A DNA stretch of 64,000 nt from a virus (Duplodnaviria; Caudoviricetes). Made by a program: the position numbers and the translations under genes. This document shows, piece after piece, positions 18,499 to 29,100 of the stretch; within the stretch, counting starts at the first letter, position 1, and the number at the start of each line of letters is the position of its first letter. Location: positions 64,001 through 128,000 of IMG/VR virus record IMGVR_UViG_3300033463_000013. One strand, given 5' to 3'. Below the pieces are notes generated by a model. The model worked only from the letters and a program-made list of their open reading frames with translations, ran no database searches and was not told the origin of the DNA.

Positions 18499-19104
18499 AT
18501 GGCAATGAACAGATTTCCTATTACCAATGTTGTGGGCGATCTAGTTGACCAGCATCGTGATCCCGATGAAAAGCTATATGCCAGCCTAGAACTAAACCAA
18601 GTAGCATTCCCAAAGACTGGTATGGTAGTTTCTCAGACCCCTCTCGGAGCCGCATTCACCAAGGCTAATCCTTGTGAAAATGGCATGTGGGTTGTTGCTG
18701 ACAAGGCCGCTGGTGCTATCAATGCTCCCGCTGCTGCAACCGATTCCCCAATTGGTATTGTTTATACTACAGAAAAAGAATATGACCGTGAACATTATGG
18801 TCTACAACGCTTCGGCCGCAAGATCGCTGGGGATTATCCTCGTGTTGGCATCTTAGGTTTAGGCGACACTGTAACTACTAACTGCTTACAGTATGATACC
18901 ACTGATTTCGCTAATGATACAGCTCTTGATACTGCTCTAAAAGCAATTGGAACTACTCCTCTCTACGTTGCAATTAAAGCTGGTTCTCCAGTTCCTCAGA
19001 TTGTAGATGAGATTCCACAGGCTGGTATCTATGCTAAGATCGTAAAATATTACACTATACCTAACGGCGGAAAGGGCGTTAAGTATCAGATTATGCGTGT
19101 ATAA
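18499..19104 (+). CDS. Head decoration/minor capsid protein
   Basis: Lies between scaffold and MCP; CENGM motif; high-expression codon style; no TAG. Confidence 0.68.
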   Translation: MAMNRFPITNVVGDLVDQHRDPDEKLYASLELNQVAFPKTGMVVSQTPLGAAFTKANPCENGMWVVADKAAGAINAPAAATDSPIGIVYTTEKEYDREHYGLQRFGRKIAGDYPRVGILGLGDTVTTNCLQYDTTDFANDTALDTALKAIGTTPLYVAIKAGSPVPQIVDEIPQAGIYAKIVKYYTIPNGGKGVKYQIMRV

Positions 19105-19118
19105 TGGAGGTGCGACTT

Positions 19119-20210
19119 ATGAATAAGCTACATATGTTAATGAACGGCGTATTTGGTCGTGCCGTTCCTGCTGAATTTGCAGCAGAAAATTACGATTACG
19201 AAGCCGCTCTCCGTGATGAATTAGCAAAGCTAATGACTAAGGATGGCGTACACTTCAATCGTCACGTCTTCAATCGCAATAAAGAAGACGTTTTCGAACT
19301 CCTAGAAGAAAATCTACAGGAAGTTCTACCACAGAACGTAAAGAGTGCTCTCGATATGTTCGTCGAAGTAAAGAATTATGCTCAGGGCCAACGCCCAGAG
19401 TTCCGCGTAGTTCGCGGTAAGATTCGTGGCAAGCAGTTCGTTACTCGTGCTACCGAATCTGGTAACTATGAAACCTTCCGTCTAGACCGTGATCGCTTTG
19501 ATCTATACATCCAAGCTATTGGCGGTGCTGGATATGTTGATTTCGAACGTTATCTAGATGGTCTCGAATCCATGACTGATATTTACGAAGTAATTCAAGA
19601 AGGTATCGTAGACCGTCTATTTGAAATGGTACAAGGTTGCCTACTTAATTCTTGGAATGCTGCTGGTCGTCCAGCTCGCAACAAGGTTGCAACCAATCAG
19701 TTCAATCCTACTGCTATGAAGAAACTATGCAACACCGTTGCTCCTTATGGCAGCCCAATTATCTACTGCACTCCTGAATTTGCTGCTGAAATGGTAAACG
19801 CTCTAGTTTATAATGCTAATAACATTAAACTATCTGATGTTGATATGCAGGAAGTTCGTGATCGTGGATATATCGGCAAGTTCTATGGCACTCCAGTTGT
19901 TGTAATGCCACAGTCTTGGACCGATGAAACCAATACTAAGCTACAGTTCAACCCAGCATTTGCTTATGTATTACCTGCTGGCAAGGAAAAGATCATTAAG
20001 ATGGCTTTCGAAGGCTCTCCTTACTTCCGTGAGTGGGATGACCATGAAGGCGATAATTCCTTCACTCTACAGGGCTATGTAAAGGTTGGCGTTGGCCTAT
20101 TCACCACTCCTAACTATTGGGGCATTTATTATAATGCCGCACTATCTCAGGGTAGCGGTTGGGAAACTGAGAATGCTAGCGTAGTAGCTAATAATGAAAT
20201 TACTAACTAA
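19119..20210 (+). CDS. Major capsid protein
   Basis: 363 aa, position in the head module, strong codon bias, followed by a strong terminator; no TAG. Confidence 0.85.
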   Translation: MNKLHMLMNGVFGRAVPAEFAAENYDYEAALRDELAKLMTKDGVHFNRHVFNRNKEDVFELLEENLQEVLPQNVKSALDMFVEVKNYAQGQRPEFRVVRGKIRGKQFVTRATESGNYETFRLDRDRFDLYIQAIGGAGYVDFERYLDGLESMTDIYEVIQEGIVDRLFEMVQGCLLNSWNAAGRPARNKVATNQFNPTAMKKLCNTVAPYGSPIIYCTPEFAAEMVNALVYNANNIKLSDVDMQEVRDRGYIGKFYGTPVVVMPQSWTDETNTKLQFNPAFAYVLPAGKEKIIKMAFEGSPYFREWDDHEGDNSFTLQGYVKVGVGLFTTPNYWGIYYNAALSQGSGWETENASVVANNEITN

Positions 20211-20222
20211 TTAGTAATATAA

Positions 20223-20260
20223 TGGGAGGGAGGTAATCCCTCCCTCCCAGATTTTCTTTT
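20223..20260 (+). terminator. Rho-independent terminator after MCP
   Basis: TGGGAGGGAGG-TAAT-CCCTCCCTCCCA followed by a T-rich tract. Confidence 0.85.
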
Positions 20261-20283
20261 GGAGATAAAAGGAGGATAATAGT

Positions 20284-20724
20284 ATGTCTATTAGAATTAA
20301 AAATATTAGTACGAATTTAGTTTCGTTATATGCGCCAAATGTTCATTTTAATCGTGAACTAATGCCGGGGCGTGAAATTCCTGTTTCATAGGAAGAATAT
20401 GAAGAACTTACTTTTGACACCGGCTTTATGCAGCTAGTTAATGGACACTATCTGAAGATTCTTGGTGTTGATGAAGAACAGGCTGTAGAAGTTGTTGAAG
20501 ATATATTCGAGGCTTCTGAAATTGAAAAGATGCTAGTAAATAATGATGTAACTGCTTTTGCAAAGTTTATTCCAAAGGCAACCGATGCTGAAAAAGAGAG
20601 TGCAGTTACTCTAGCCGTAGAGCACAAGATTACCAATGCTGGTATTGTGGCCCTAATTAAGAAATACTGCGATGTTGATGTAATCAAGGCTATTGCCGCA
20701 AAACACGACGCAGAAGAGAAGTGA
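20284..20724 (+). CDS. Virion assembly protein, 146 aa (one TAG=Gln)
   Basis: GGAGG RBS and ATG at 20284, in frame with ORF 20428..20724 across one TAG. Confidence 0.75.
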
Positions 20725-20730
20725 TGACAA

Positions 20731-21222
20731 ATGGCAACACCCTTCTTAAAGGTTTATGACGCTTTTCTCGCACGCATAACCGCGGACGAGTGGACATTAG
20801 AAGAAGAGTTAGCTATCGTAGAACGAGATTGGCAAGAACTTCTCAAAATGGCCATTGCTCGGTTTAAATATCCTCGTGTGAGTTTAGAGTTTGAGGAAGT
20901 TGATGCCGCTAATATAGATGACAATTCTCCTCAACTTAAAATATATTAGTTCCAAAACGATTTAACCAATGCAGAAGTTCAAGTTCTTGCTACCTATATG
21001 AAGCATGAATGGATTAAGCGTTGCGTTGCAAGCTGGGAACATATAGGCCAGCTTTATACTTCAAAAGATTTCTCCGCAGCAAATCACTTAGATAAGTTAA
21101 ATGATTTAGAAGCAAAAGTTGCTCTTGAATGTGAGGCAGCAAAAGATGACTATGACAAATCTCGCGGACATGCCCCTTCAGAAATCTTCAGATAGCTTGC
21201 AGGAAAAAAGTAGTATACCTAA
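20731..21222 (+). CDS. Putative head-tail connector/adaptor (TAG=Gln)
   Basis: Joins ORFs 20731..20949 and 20998..21195 over TAGs; first TAA at 21220-21222. Confidence 0.72.
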
Positions 21223-21487
21223 TGCTACTTTTGAAGGCTATAAGAATAAATTAAAAGGGCGATTATATGGCTTATTATGTGAGCGCGAAAAAGACGGAGA
21301 ATGGGAAAAGTTCCTTGATTCATTAATTATTGAATTACAAGGATTAGGAGCCAATTCAATTAATTGGTGGCCGCTAATGGGTAAGGTGAAGATGCTTAAA
21401 TATTTGTCATATGAATGGTTTCGTAAGACAATATTTGAGTGTATGAATCTTGTTAGCGGTTTAGAAATGCCTAATGAATTATCTTGA
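21170..21487 (+). CDS. Neck-region hypothetical protein (start uncertain)
   Basis: ORF track 21119..21487; overlaps both neighbours; no TAG. Confidence 0.62.
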   Translation: MPLQKSSDSLQEKSSIPNATFEGYKNKLKGRLYGLLCEREKDGEWEKFLDSLIIELQGLGANSINWWPLMGKVKMLKYLSYEWFRKTIFECMNLVSGLEMPNELS

Positions 21488-22781
21488 TGTATATTTTTCC
21501 CGAGTAAATCATTTTGGAGAAACATATGCTGAGCGTATAAAAAATAGTGGGATTGTAGCATTCGAGAAATGGATGGCGCAGTCCCCTTTTACAGTTGTAG
21601 ATTTATCTGTAGAGCGCGGATTATATTTTAGCGGCATAATCCAAACGAATAAAGATAAAGAAGAAAAAAAGATCATGTATTTATATGTTGCACTTGACAT
21701 ACCGGTTCAAGTTGGAGATATACTTACATGGCGACAAGATAATGGAGCCATTGAAAAGTGGCTTTTATTATAGAAAGAGCATAAAGTGCATGAATAGTAT
21801 TAGACATTTCAAATTATTAAATGTAATTATAATTTAAGGTGGATTGATGCGAATGGTTATTTGCGTCAATCTTGGGCATACGCTGTTAGTTCTGTTGATA
21901 GCAAAGTTAAAGGTAACTTCCGTATGTGGCATAGTTTAATTTCACCGCAACCAAATAAGTTTGCAGAAATTATTATGCCAAGACCGGAATTAACTGGAAC
22001 CGATGTGGATGAATTAATGCGTGGAATTACATTTATTATTGAAAATGAAGGTTGGGAAGTTATTGAATGCGATTGGACTAGTGTTGAGGGCATTGTATAT
22101 ATGTCTTTGACTGAAAGCAAAGTTAATTATCAATATGATGATAGAGATATTGATGTAGCTGATACTGATAGATATAAATTCCCGGAACTTCCCACAATAT
22201 ACAAATTAGGTGATACAATTATTCCTTAGTTTGAAGCTGATACTTTAAATCAGTGGGAAATTGAATTACGTCCTTCTGATTTTACTTTAGTAAGTGAAGA
22301 GCAAGAGCTACCTGGCGAAAAAGAAAAATGGTATTCTGAATTACATTCTATCGCGGCAGGATAGTGCATTATTACGATACGATTAAAGAATAGACCAGCT
22401 GTAACTAAAAAAGTAGAAATCACAATTGTTCAAAGAGAAGAAACCTTTACGGCTTATATTGATGGCCCTGATCAGTTACGTCTTGATAGACAAGATAAAT
22501 ATAAGTTAGAAAGTAATCTTCCTTTAACTGGACAAATAACATTTGAAATTCAATCATGGCCAAATATGGATAAGAAAAAAGTGATTGAATATGCTACTTT
22601 ACGTCAAGATATAGATAAAGATAATAATCTTATACCTAATCAATATGTACTTCATGCAAATGCTCGTAATAATTTAGGAAATATTATTTTAGCAGCAACT
22701 TATACTGTTAAAGATGGAAATGACGAAATTATTTTTTAGCAAGTATATACTAAAACTGTTGAAATTATTCCGCTATGGTGA
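21474..22781 (+). CDS. Putative head-closure/neck protein with Ig-like C-terminus, 435 aa (TAG=Gln)
   Basis: Joins ORFs 21474..21773 and 21861..22229 and continues to TGA at 22779-22781. Confidence 0.75.
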
Positions 22782-22791
22782 GGTGAGTTAA

Positions 22792-23298
22792 ATGCCTGTA
22801 AATGATCCAACTCAAAGGCGATTTGCAGTTATGGGTACAAATGCATTTAACATCGCTAACAAATTAATGACCAATTAGAAATTGTGTCGACTTCTAAAAT
22901 ATTAGGTGCGTGATCCTTTTGATACTGAAAAGTATGAAAATGTTGATGGAGTTTTACTTCTTAATAAACAAATTATGATTACTCCAAAAATTTGGGATAA
23001 TAGTACGGAGAAAACATCGTATGTAGTCGCATTATTTAATAGTTTTGTAAAAAATGTTATGAATCCAGAATATAAAATTGATAGTATTAGTTTTGATGTG
23101 GCTTGTCCATATGACGAATGGGTTTTAAATGGTCATTCATTACGACCTTATCTTATTATGGAAGAAATTGATAAAATGTTCAATGGTGCATAGCTTTCTG
23201 GGATTGGTACTTTAGAATTTATACGTGCGGATCGAAATGTTTTTACATCACAAATTGGCGGCTATACGATGTAGTATGAGATAAATGAATTTAACTGA
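22792..23298 (+). CDS. Putative tail completion/terminator protein, 168 aa (TAG=Gln)
   Basis: GAGGTG RBS; read-through of 4 TAG; contains ORF 22906..23193. Confidence 0.72.
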
Positions 23299-24064
23299 TT
23301 CGGATACGTTAAAATTTCTTCGCGGGACACCTATATTATTAGAAGACGTATGTGCTGTTTATCCTGCAAAATTAGGTGAAATTGTTGATATAGGTTATGA
23401 TAATTTTTAGTAGTATTTAAGTATATTAACAAGTACTAAACCTACGGTGGCATATGATAATGATAATGAATTATCATAGTTAATGGCAACTTTAACTGAT
23501 TTTTAGTATATCCTTTTAATGGCAACATTAGATTTTAAAATTAATACTCTTATAAAAGATGGTTTTAAATTCTTTACTCATGAAGATATATTAATTTCTT
23601 TAGAGCCACCACAAATATTAGTTGGTCCTGCATAGGAACAGCATGTCTTGGATGAAGCCAAGTATTATGACTTTTAGCGTCTACTTCGTAGAATGTATTT
23701 TCTTGAAACTGAAGGCGATGAGATTGTTATTTATGAAGATGATGATCCTGCCACTAAACGATTAAAGGAGTAGATGCGAAAAAATAGAGAGAAAGTTAGA
23801 AGAGCTAAAGCAAAGCAAGCTCAATAGGAAAAATCTGATTTACAACTCTCTGACCTCATTGCTAGTTTAACTATCAATGATTGCGGCCTAAATATGGTAA
23901 ATATTTGGGATATTACATATTATGCTTTTCACGATTAGCTAAAGCGGATGGGCTGGCGTGACTAGTTTAATATAAATTAGAAAGCAGCCCTTGCGGGTGC
24001 GAAATTAAAAAAATCATAGTTAAAACATTGGATGCGTTCCATTGCGAACTCTGACAAATCATGA
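23285..24064 (+). CDS. Tail-module protein, 259 aa, absent from the ORF track (12 TAG=Gln)
   Basis: Manual translation MNLTDSDTLKFLRG...KHWMRSIANSDKS; only TAG interruptions; fills the gap between neighbours exactly. Confidence 0.8.
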
Positions 24065-24084
24065 TTTTAAAGGAGGTAACTTTT

Positions 24085-25119
24085 ATGGCTAATGTTAATA
24101 TTTTTGATAAGTATGGCATTAAAGAGGTTGCCAATGTCTACTTCGAAGCACTCGAAACCGATGAAAAGGCCGGTGTGTATGCTGGTGACATTGTTCTATT
24201 CCTCGATACCTTAAAGGTTTCTACCATTGAAACCACTGCAGAAAATACTGCTGCACAAGGCGGTTGGGGCAATCCTAAACTAGTACAGTGGGACTATGGT
24301 AAGGAAATCAACATTACTCTAGAAGATGCTCTAATGTCTCTAGAATCCCTACGCTTCATGCTAGGTGGCGCTATCAAGAGCAAAGCTACTGAAACCGAAC
24401 CAATTATCGTTCGTCATACTGAAGAAGTTGTTTGTGTTGATGGCGGCAAATTACCTTATATTAAGGACCATCTAACTGGTATTAAGTTTGACGGTTCCGA
24501 AGGTCCAGCTATCGTAGCTACTTATGCTCATCCAGTTCGTCTCATCAACTTAACCACTGGTGCTCGTACCCAGATTAAGCCTGCTGAGAATGCTGCTGGT
24601 GTTACTGTTGGTAAGGATAGCGTTATTACTTTCAAGAATCCTAAGCTAATCGGTGATTCTACCGTTGCTGCAAAGGAAGGCGACCATATTCGTATTTTCT
24701 GGGAAGAAGAACTAAAGGGCGCAGGTTCCGAGAAAGAAACCGCGGTTGAAGTTACTATTTCTCCAGATACCTTCCCTGGCACTTATAAGGTAGTTGGCGA
24801 TACCTTCATGCGTTCTGAGAAGACTGGTAAGGACGAACCATTCCAGTTCATTATCAATAAGGCTAAGGTACAGTCCAACGTTACTATTACTCTACAGGCA
24901 GAAGGTGATCCTTCTACTTTCGAAATGACTCTAAACGTACTACGTTCTACCAATGATGCTGGTGAAAATGAAATGATGAAACTCGTTCGTTACAACCTCA
25001 CCTCTGGTTCTACTGGTACTGCTGGTGACGATATTGGTTCCGTTGCTGCTGCAGCTGCTTCCAATAACGACAATGGCGGAGATACCACCGAAGAAGTAAC
25101 TGAGGAAATTACTGAATAA
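24085..25119 (+). CDS. Major tail tube protein
   Basis: AGGAGG RBS; AQGGWGNPKL and QAEGDPSTFEM motifs; same codon bias as MCP; no TAG; terminator follows. Confidence 0.82.
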   Translation: MANVNIFDKYGIKEVANVYFEALETDEKAGVYAGDIVLFLDTLKVSTIETTAENTAAQGGWGNPKLVQWDYGKEINITLEDALMSLESLRFMLGGAIKSKATETEPIIVRHTEEVVCVDGGKLPYIKDHLTGIKFDGSEGPAIVATYAHPVRLINLTTGARTQIKPAENAAGVTVGKDSVITFKNPKLIGDSTVAAKEGDHIRIFWEEELKGAGSEKETAVEVTISPDTFPGTYKVVGDTFMRSEKTGKDEPFQFIINKAKVQSNVTITLQAEGDPSTFEMTLNVLRSTNDAGENEMMKLVRYNLTSGSTGTAGDDIGSVAAAAASNNDNGGDTTEEVTEEITE

Positions 25120-25134
25120 TTTCAAGGTAAATAT

Positions 25135-25170
25135 AACTAGGGGCAGTAATGCCCCTAGTTTATTTTTATT
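25135..25170 (+). terminator. Rho-independent terminator after the tail tube gene
   Basis: AACTAGGGGC-AGTAAT-GCCCCTAGTT followed by a T-rich tract. Confidence 0.85.
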
Positions 25171-25191
25171 TAAAGGTGGTGGTGCCACTTG

Positions 25192-26064
25192 ATGGATCAA
25201 TATTTTGGGCATAAGGAGTTATATTCAGTTGTTCTTCGCGCAAAAACTCCTATGCAATTTGGAGACAGATATATAGAATCGGAAGAGCCAGTACTTTATT
25301 TTGATAGTATAAATATGTCTGTCTTATCAGAATAGAATCGTCCTATTATGGCGCGTGGTGGATTTGGTAATATGCCACGAGTAATTTGGGATGAACGTTC
25401 AGAAGTAACGTTTTAGTTGGTAGATGGGGTTATGTCATCTGCCGGAATGGGTATTTTACTTGGTTCAAATGTTGTAAAGAAAGAACCTCCAGAGATTCTT
25501 TATGTTCCTAAAAAAGAAGGCCCTTTTGAATTAAATGAGAATCATGAACTTTATTTAGAACATTGGCCAGTAGAACCATAGATAAGAAAAACGTTTATAT
25601 TTGAATATGGGCGTGACGTAGTTTAGAAAAAAGTTTACGGAAAACGTATTACAGATAAAAAAGACCCTTTTGATGATACAAAAAACTTACCATGTATTCA
25701 AGTTTTTGAGGATAAAAATTTATCAATTCCCGCAGATATTACTAGAACTTATGTTGTAGATTACTACTATAAATATGAGGATGAAGCGTTAATTTATTCT
25801 GTCCAAAAAGAACGCTTCAATGGATTATTCACTTTAGAAGCTAAATTTTATTCTAAAGATGAAAATGAGGGCATTAATTATACGAATGTATTATATATGC
25901 CAAAAGTTAGAGTAGTAAGTAATATCAACTTACGCTTGGGAGAAAGGGCCGATCCTACAGTTTCTACTTTTACAGTTATTGGATTACCAGAAACTGTTGG
26001 AGATAATAAGAATTTAATAATGCAAATTACTCGTCTAGGACAGGATATAGACAGTGATATATAA
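25192..26064 (+). CDS. Tail-tube paralog, 290 aa (TAG=Gln), absent from the ORF track
   Basis: ARGGFGNMPRVIWD and GERADPTVSTF align with AQGGWGNPKLVQWD and QAEGDPSTFEM of the major tail protein; 4 TAG. Confidence 0.78.
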
Positions 26065-26065
26065 T

Positions 26066-26097
26066 AGCCACTTTCTTAGGAAAGTGGCTCTTTTTTT
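26066..26097 (+). terminator. Rho-independent terminator before the tape measure gene
   Basis: AGCCACTTTC-TTAG-GAAAGTGGCT followed by a T tract. Confidence 0.82.
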
Positions 26098-26124
26098 ATT
26101 ATGTGAAAAAAGGAGTGAGGAAAG

Positions 26125-29100
26125 ATGGAGCAATCGGTTAGTATTCCAGTAAGATTGTAGGTGGAAAATTTACAATCAATTATTAATGAATTGTAGGGGA
26201 AACTAAGTAATTTAAAGGTTGGCTCTAAAGGATTTAAGGAAGTATAGAATGTTATTAATTCACTTCAACGTGAAATGGATAAATTACAGATACAAACTTC
26301 TAAACCTTTTGTAAGTTAGGGCTAGTTTAACGCAGCCGAACGTTCTGTTGGTAAATTAGAAGATGAATTAGAACGTGTCTAGATCACCATGAGTCGTATT
26401 AGATTTAGCGACTTAGAGCTAGATCAAGGCCAGCTTGATAAAATTAAAGAATTTGATACACAAATAACTGCTATTAAAAATAGTATTAAAAGTGTAAAAG
26501 AAACCGCAAAGCAAGAATTTTTAGGCAGCGAGGGCGGTTTGGCTTGGCTTGGATTCAGTGAAAAGAATGCTGTGGCTGTTAATTAGACTCTAGGACAAAT
26601 AACTACAGCTGTTAATTTAGCTTTTTCAAAATAGGCAGACGCAGTAGATGCGGCGAAAAAAAAGTTAGAAGATTATAATGCATCTATGTCTCTATCTGGC
26701 AAAATAGAGAATTTTACTACATAGATTAGTAAAGCTAGCTCTGTTAAAGATACTAGTAAAATTTTTGGTGACATATATAATTAGATTTTTAATGAAGCTG
26801 GAACTGGATTTAAGGCTGGCGGAAAAGGTGGAAGGAATATTCTTACACAGTGGCTTACAGAACAATTTCAGTTAGATGAAAGTTAGGTGCGCGCATTAGT
26901 ATCAAAAAGTGCTTCTGATGTTCTTACTTCTTTAAAAAATGGAGAATTATAGTCATTAATTAATGAAAAACTAAGTAGTTTAAAAAGTTCTACCTCTGGA
27001 ACAACTAGTGGTGCATTAGAAGCTGATATTGCTGCGAAAAAAGCAAAATTAAATGAATTATAGCCTGTACTAGATAGTATTTCTAAGGCAAACGAGCGTG
27101 TTAGTACTAGTGAAGAAGAATTACGTAGACAACTTGAAGTAACAAAAGCATAGCTATAGGAATACAAAGATAAACAGACTGCTATTGCACGCGGTAATTA
27201 GGATATAGCTAATAGTTGTAAGAAAGGGTAGACAGAATTAAGTAATTTTAAAAATACATTAGCATAGACAAATGCCTAGTTCTTATAGACTGAGCGCGCG
27301 GTGCGTAATTTTAATTCTATTAAGATGACAATTACTAATTTCATGGGATTTACTCAAGTATTAAATCTTGTAAAACGTGGAATTCGTGAAGCTTTAAATC
27401 ATATTAAAGAATTAGACTCTGTAATGAATAAGATTTCTATTGTTACAGATATGAGTACTGGAGACTTATGGCAATAGGTTAGTTCTTATTCTGATATGGC
27501 AAAACAATATGGCGTTTCTATTAAGGGCGCGTATGAAGTCTCTTAGATTTACTATCAATAGGGTCTACAGACTAAAGATGTATTAACTTTAACTAATGAA
27601 ACTTTAAAATTAGCTAAAGTTTCTGGTTTAGATTATGCACAGACTACTGACTATATGACAACTGCGTTACGCGGTTTTAAGATGGAAATGTCTGAAGCTT
27701 CTACAGTAGTTGATGTATATAGTAATCTAGCAGCACATACTGCCGTAACGCAGGAAGAATTAGCTGTAGCTATGAGTAAAACAGCATCTTCTATGGAATC
27801 TGTTGGTTCTTCATTTGAAGAGTCTTCTGCAATGATTGCAACTATGGTAGCCGTTACTCGTGAATCTGCTACTAACATTGGTTCTGCTTTAAAGTCTATT
27901 GCGGCTCGTTATGGTGAAATGAAGAAAGACCCTACTGCATTAACAGATGCAGAAGGTGAAGCTTTAGCATACAATAAAGTTGATGCAGCATTACAATCTG
28001 TAGGTATTACATTAAAAACTACTGACGGTCAATTCCGTAATTTTACTGATGTTATTTTAGAATTATCAGAAGTATGGGATCAGTTAGATAGTACATAGCA
28101 ACGTTATATTGCAACTCAATTTGCAGGCAATAGACAACAATCCCGTTTCTTAGCATTAGTAAGTAATAAAGATTTATTAAAAGCTAATTTAAAATATGCT
28201 GAAGATAGTGAAGATGTTGGAGATATTTAGGCTTTAAAAGCATTAGATTCTATTGAATCTAAAACGGAACAGGTTAAAGTGGCATATCAAGAACTATACA
28301 CTACCATTGGCGCACAGGATGCCTGGAAACTAATGCTTGAGGGTGCTTCAAATGTTATGAAGACTATGAAGCAAATGACTCAATCTATGGGGGGTATTCC
28401 TGCTGGCGCAATAGTATTAGCATATGATTTTGTTTAGGTAATAAAAACTATAGGATTACATTTATTACAGAGTATTGCTTAGGTTTGGCATAGTGTTTTA
28501 CCTTAGAATTTACCAGCGTAGGCAGGTACTTTAGGTGAATAGACTGCTGATGAGTTTGGTAATAAATTAATTGCTCGTTTACAGTAGGCTAAAGCGGGAG
28601 CACAAATGGCTCAAGAAGTCGCTTAGGATGCTGCGAATGCTGGACGAGATAAAAATACTCCAGCTGGTAAAGAAAAAACAAATGAACAAGCGACTTAGCC
28701 GGCGGTAGATGCTGCTGAAAATGCTGTTAAACAAAGTGAGGCTGTAAGTTAGGCTGCTGCATCAGCTGCACAAAGTGCCTAGACGATGGCTAGTGCTTAC
28801 GAGCGTATGGCTGCTGCAGCGGAGAGAACGGCATAGGCTACTGCTACACTTAATCATTAGTAGACTGGCGGTACTCCAGTTGTTGATAATACTACATCTG
28901 GAATAATGATTAATGCCGAACAAATTCAATCTGCTATGTCAGCTACTAATTTATCTTTAGCACCAATTGAAGCAATTACTAATGCAACCAATCAATTAAA
29001 TGGTAGTGAAGTTGGTTAGTCTATTTTATAGTCTTTTAAAGCTGCATTAGACAGTATAGATATGTCCGCGGCGGATGCTGGAGATAAGTTACAAGCTACA

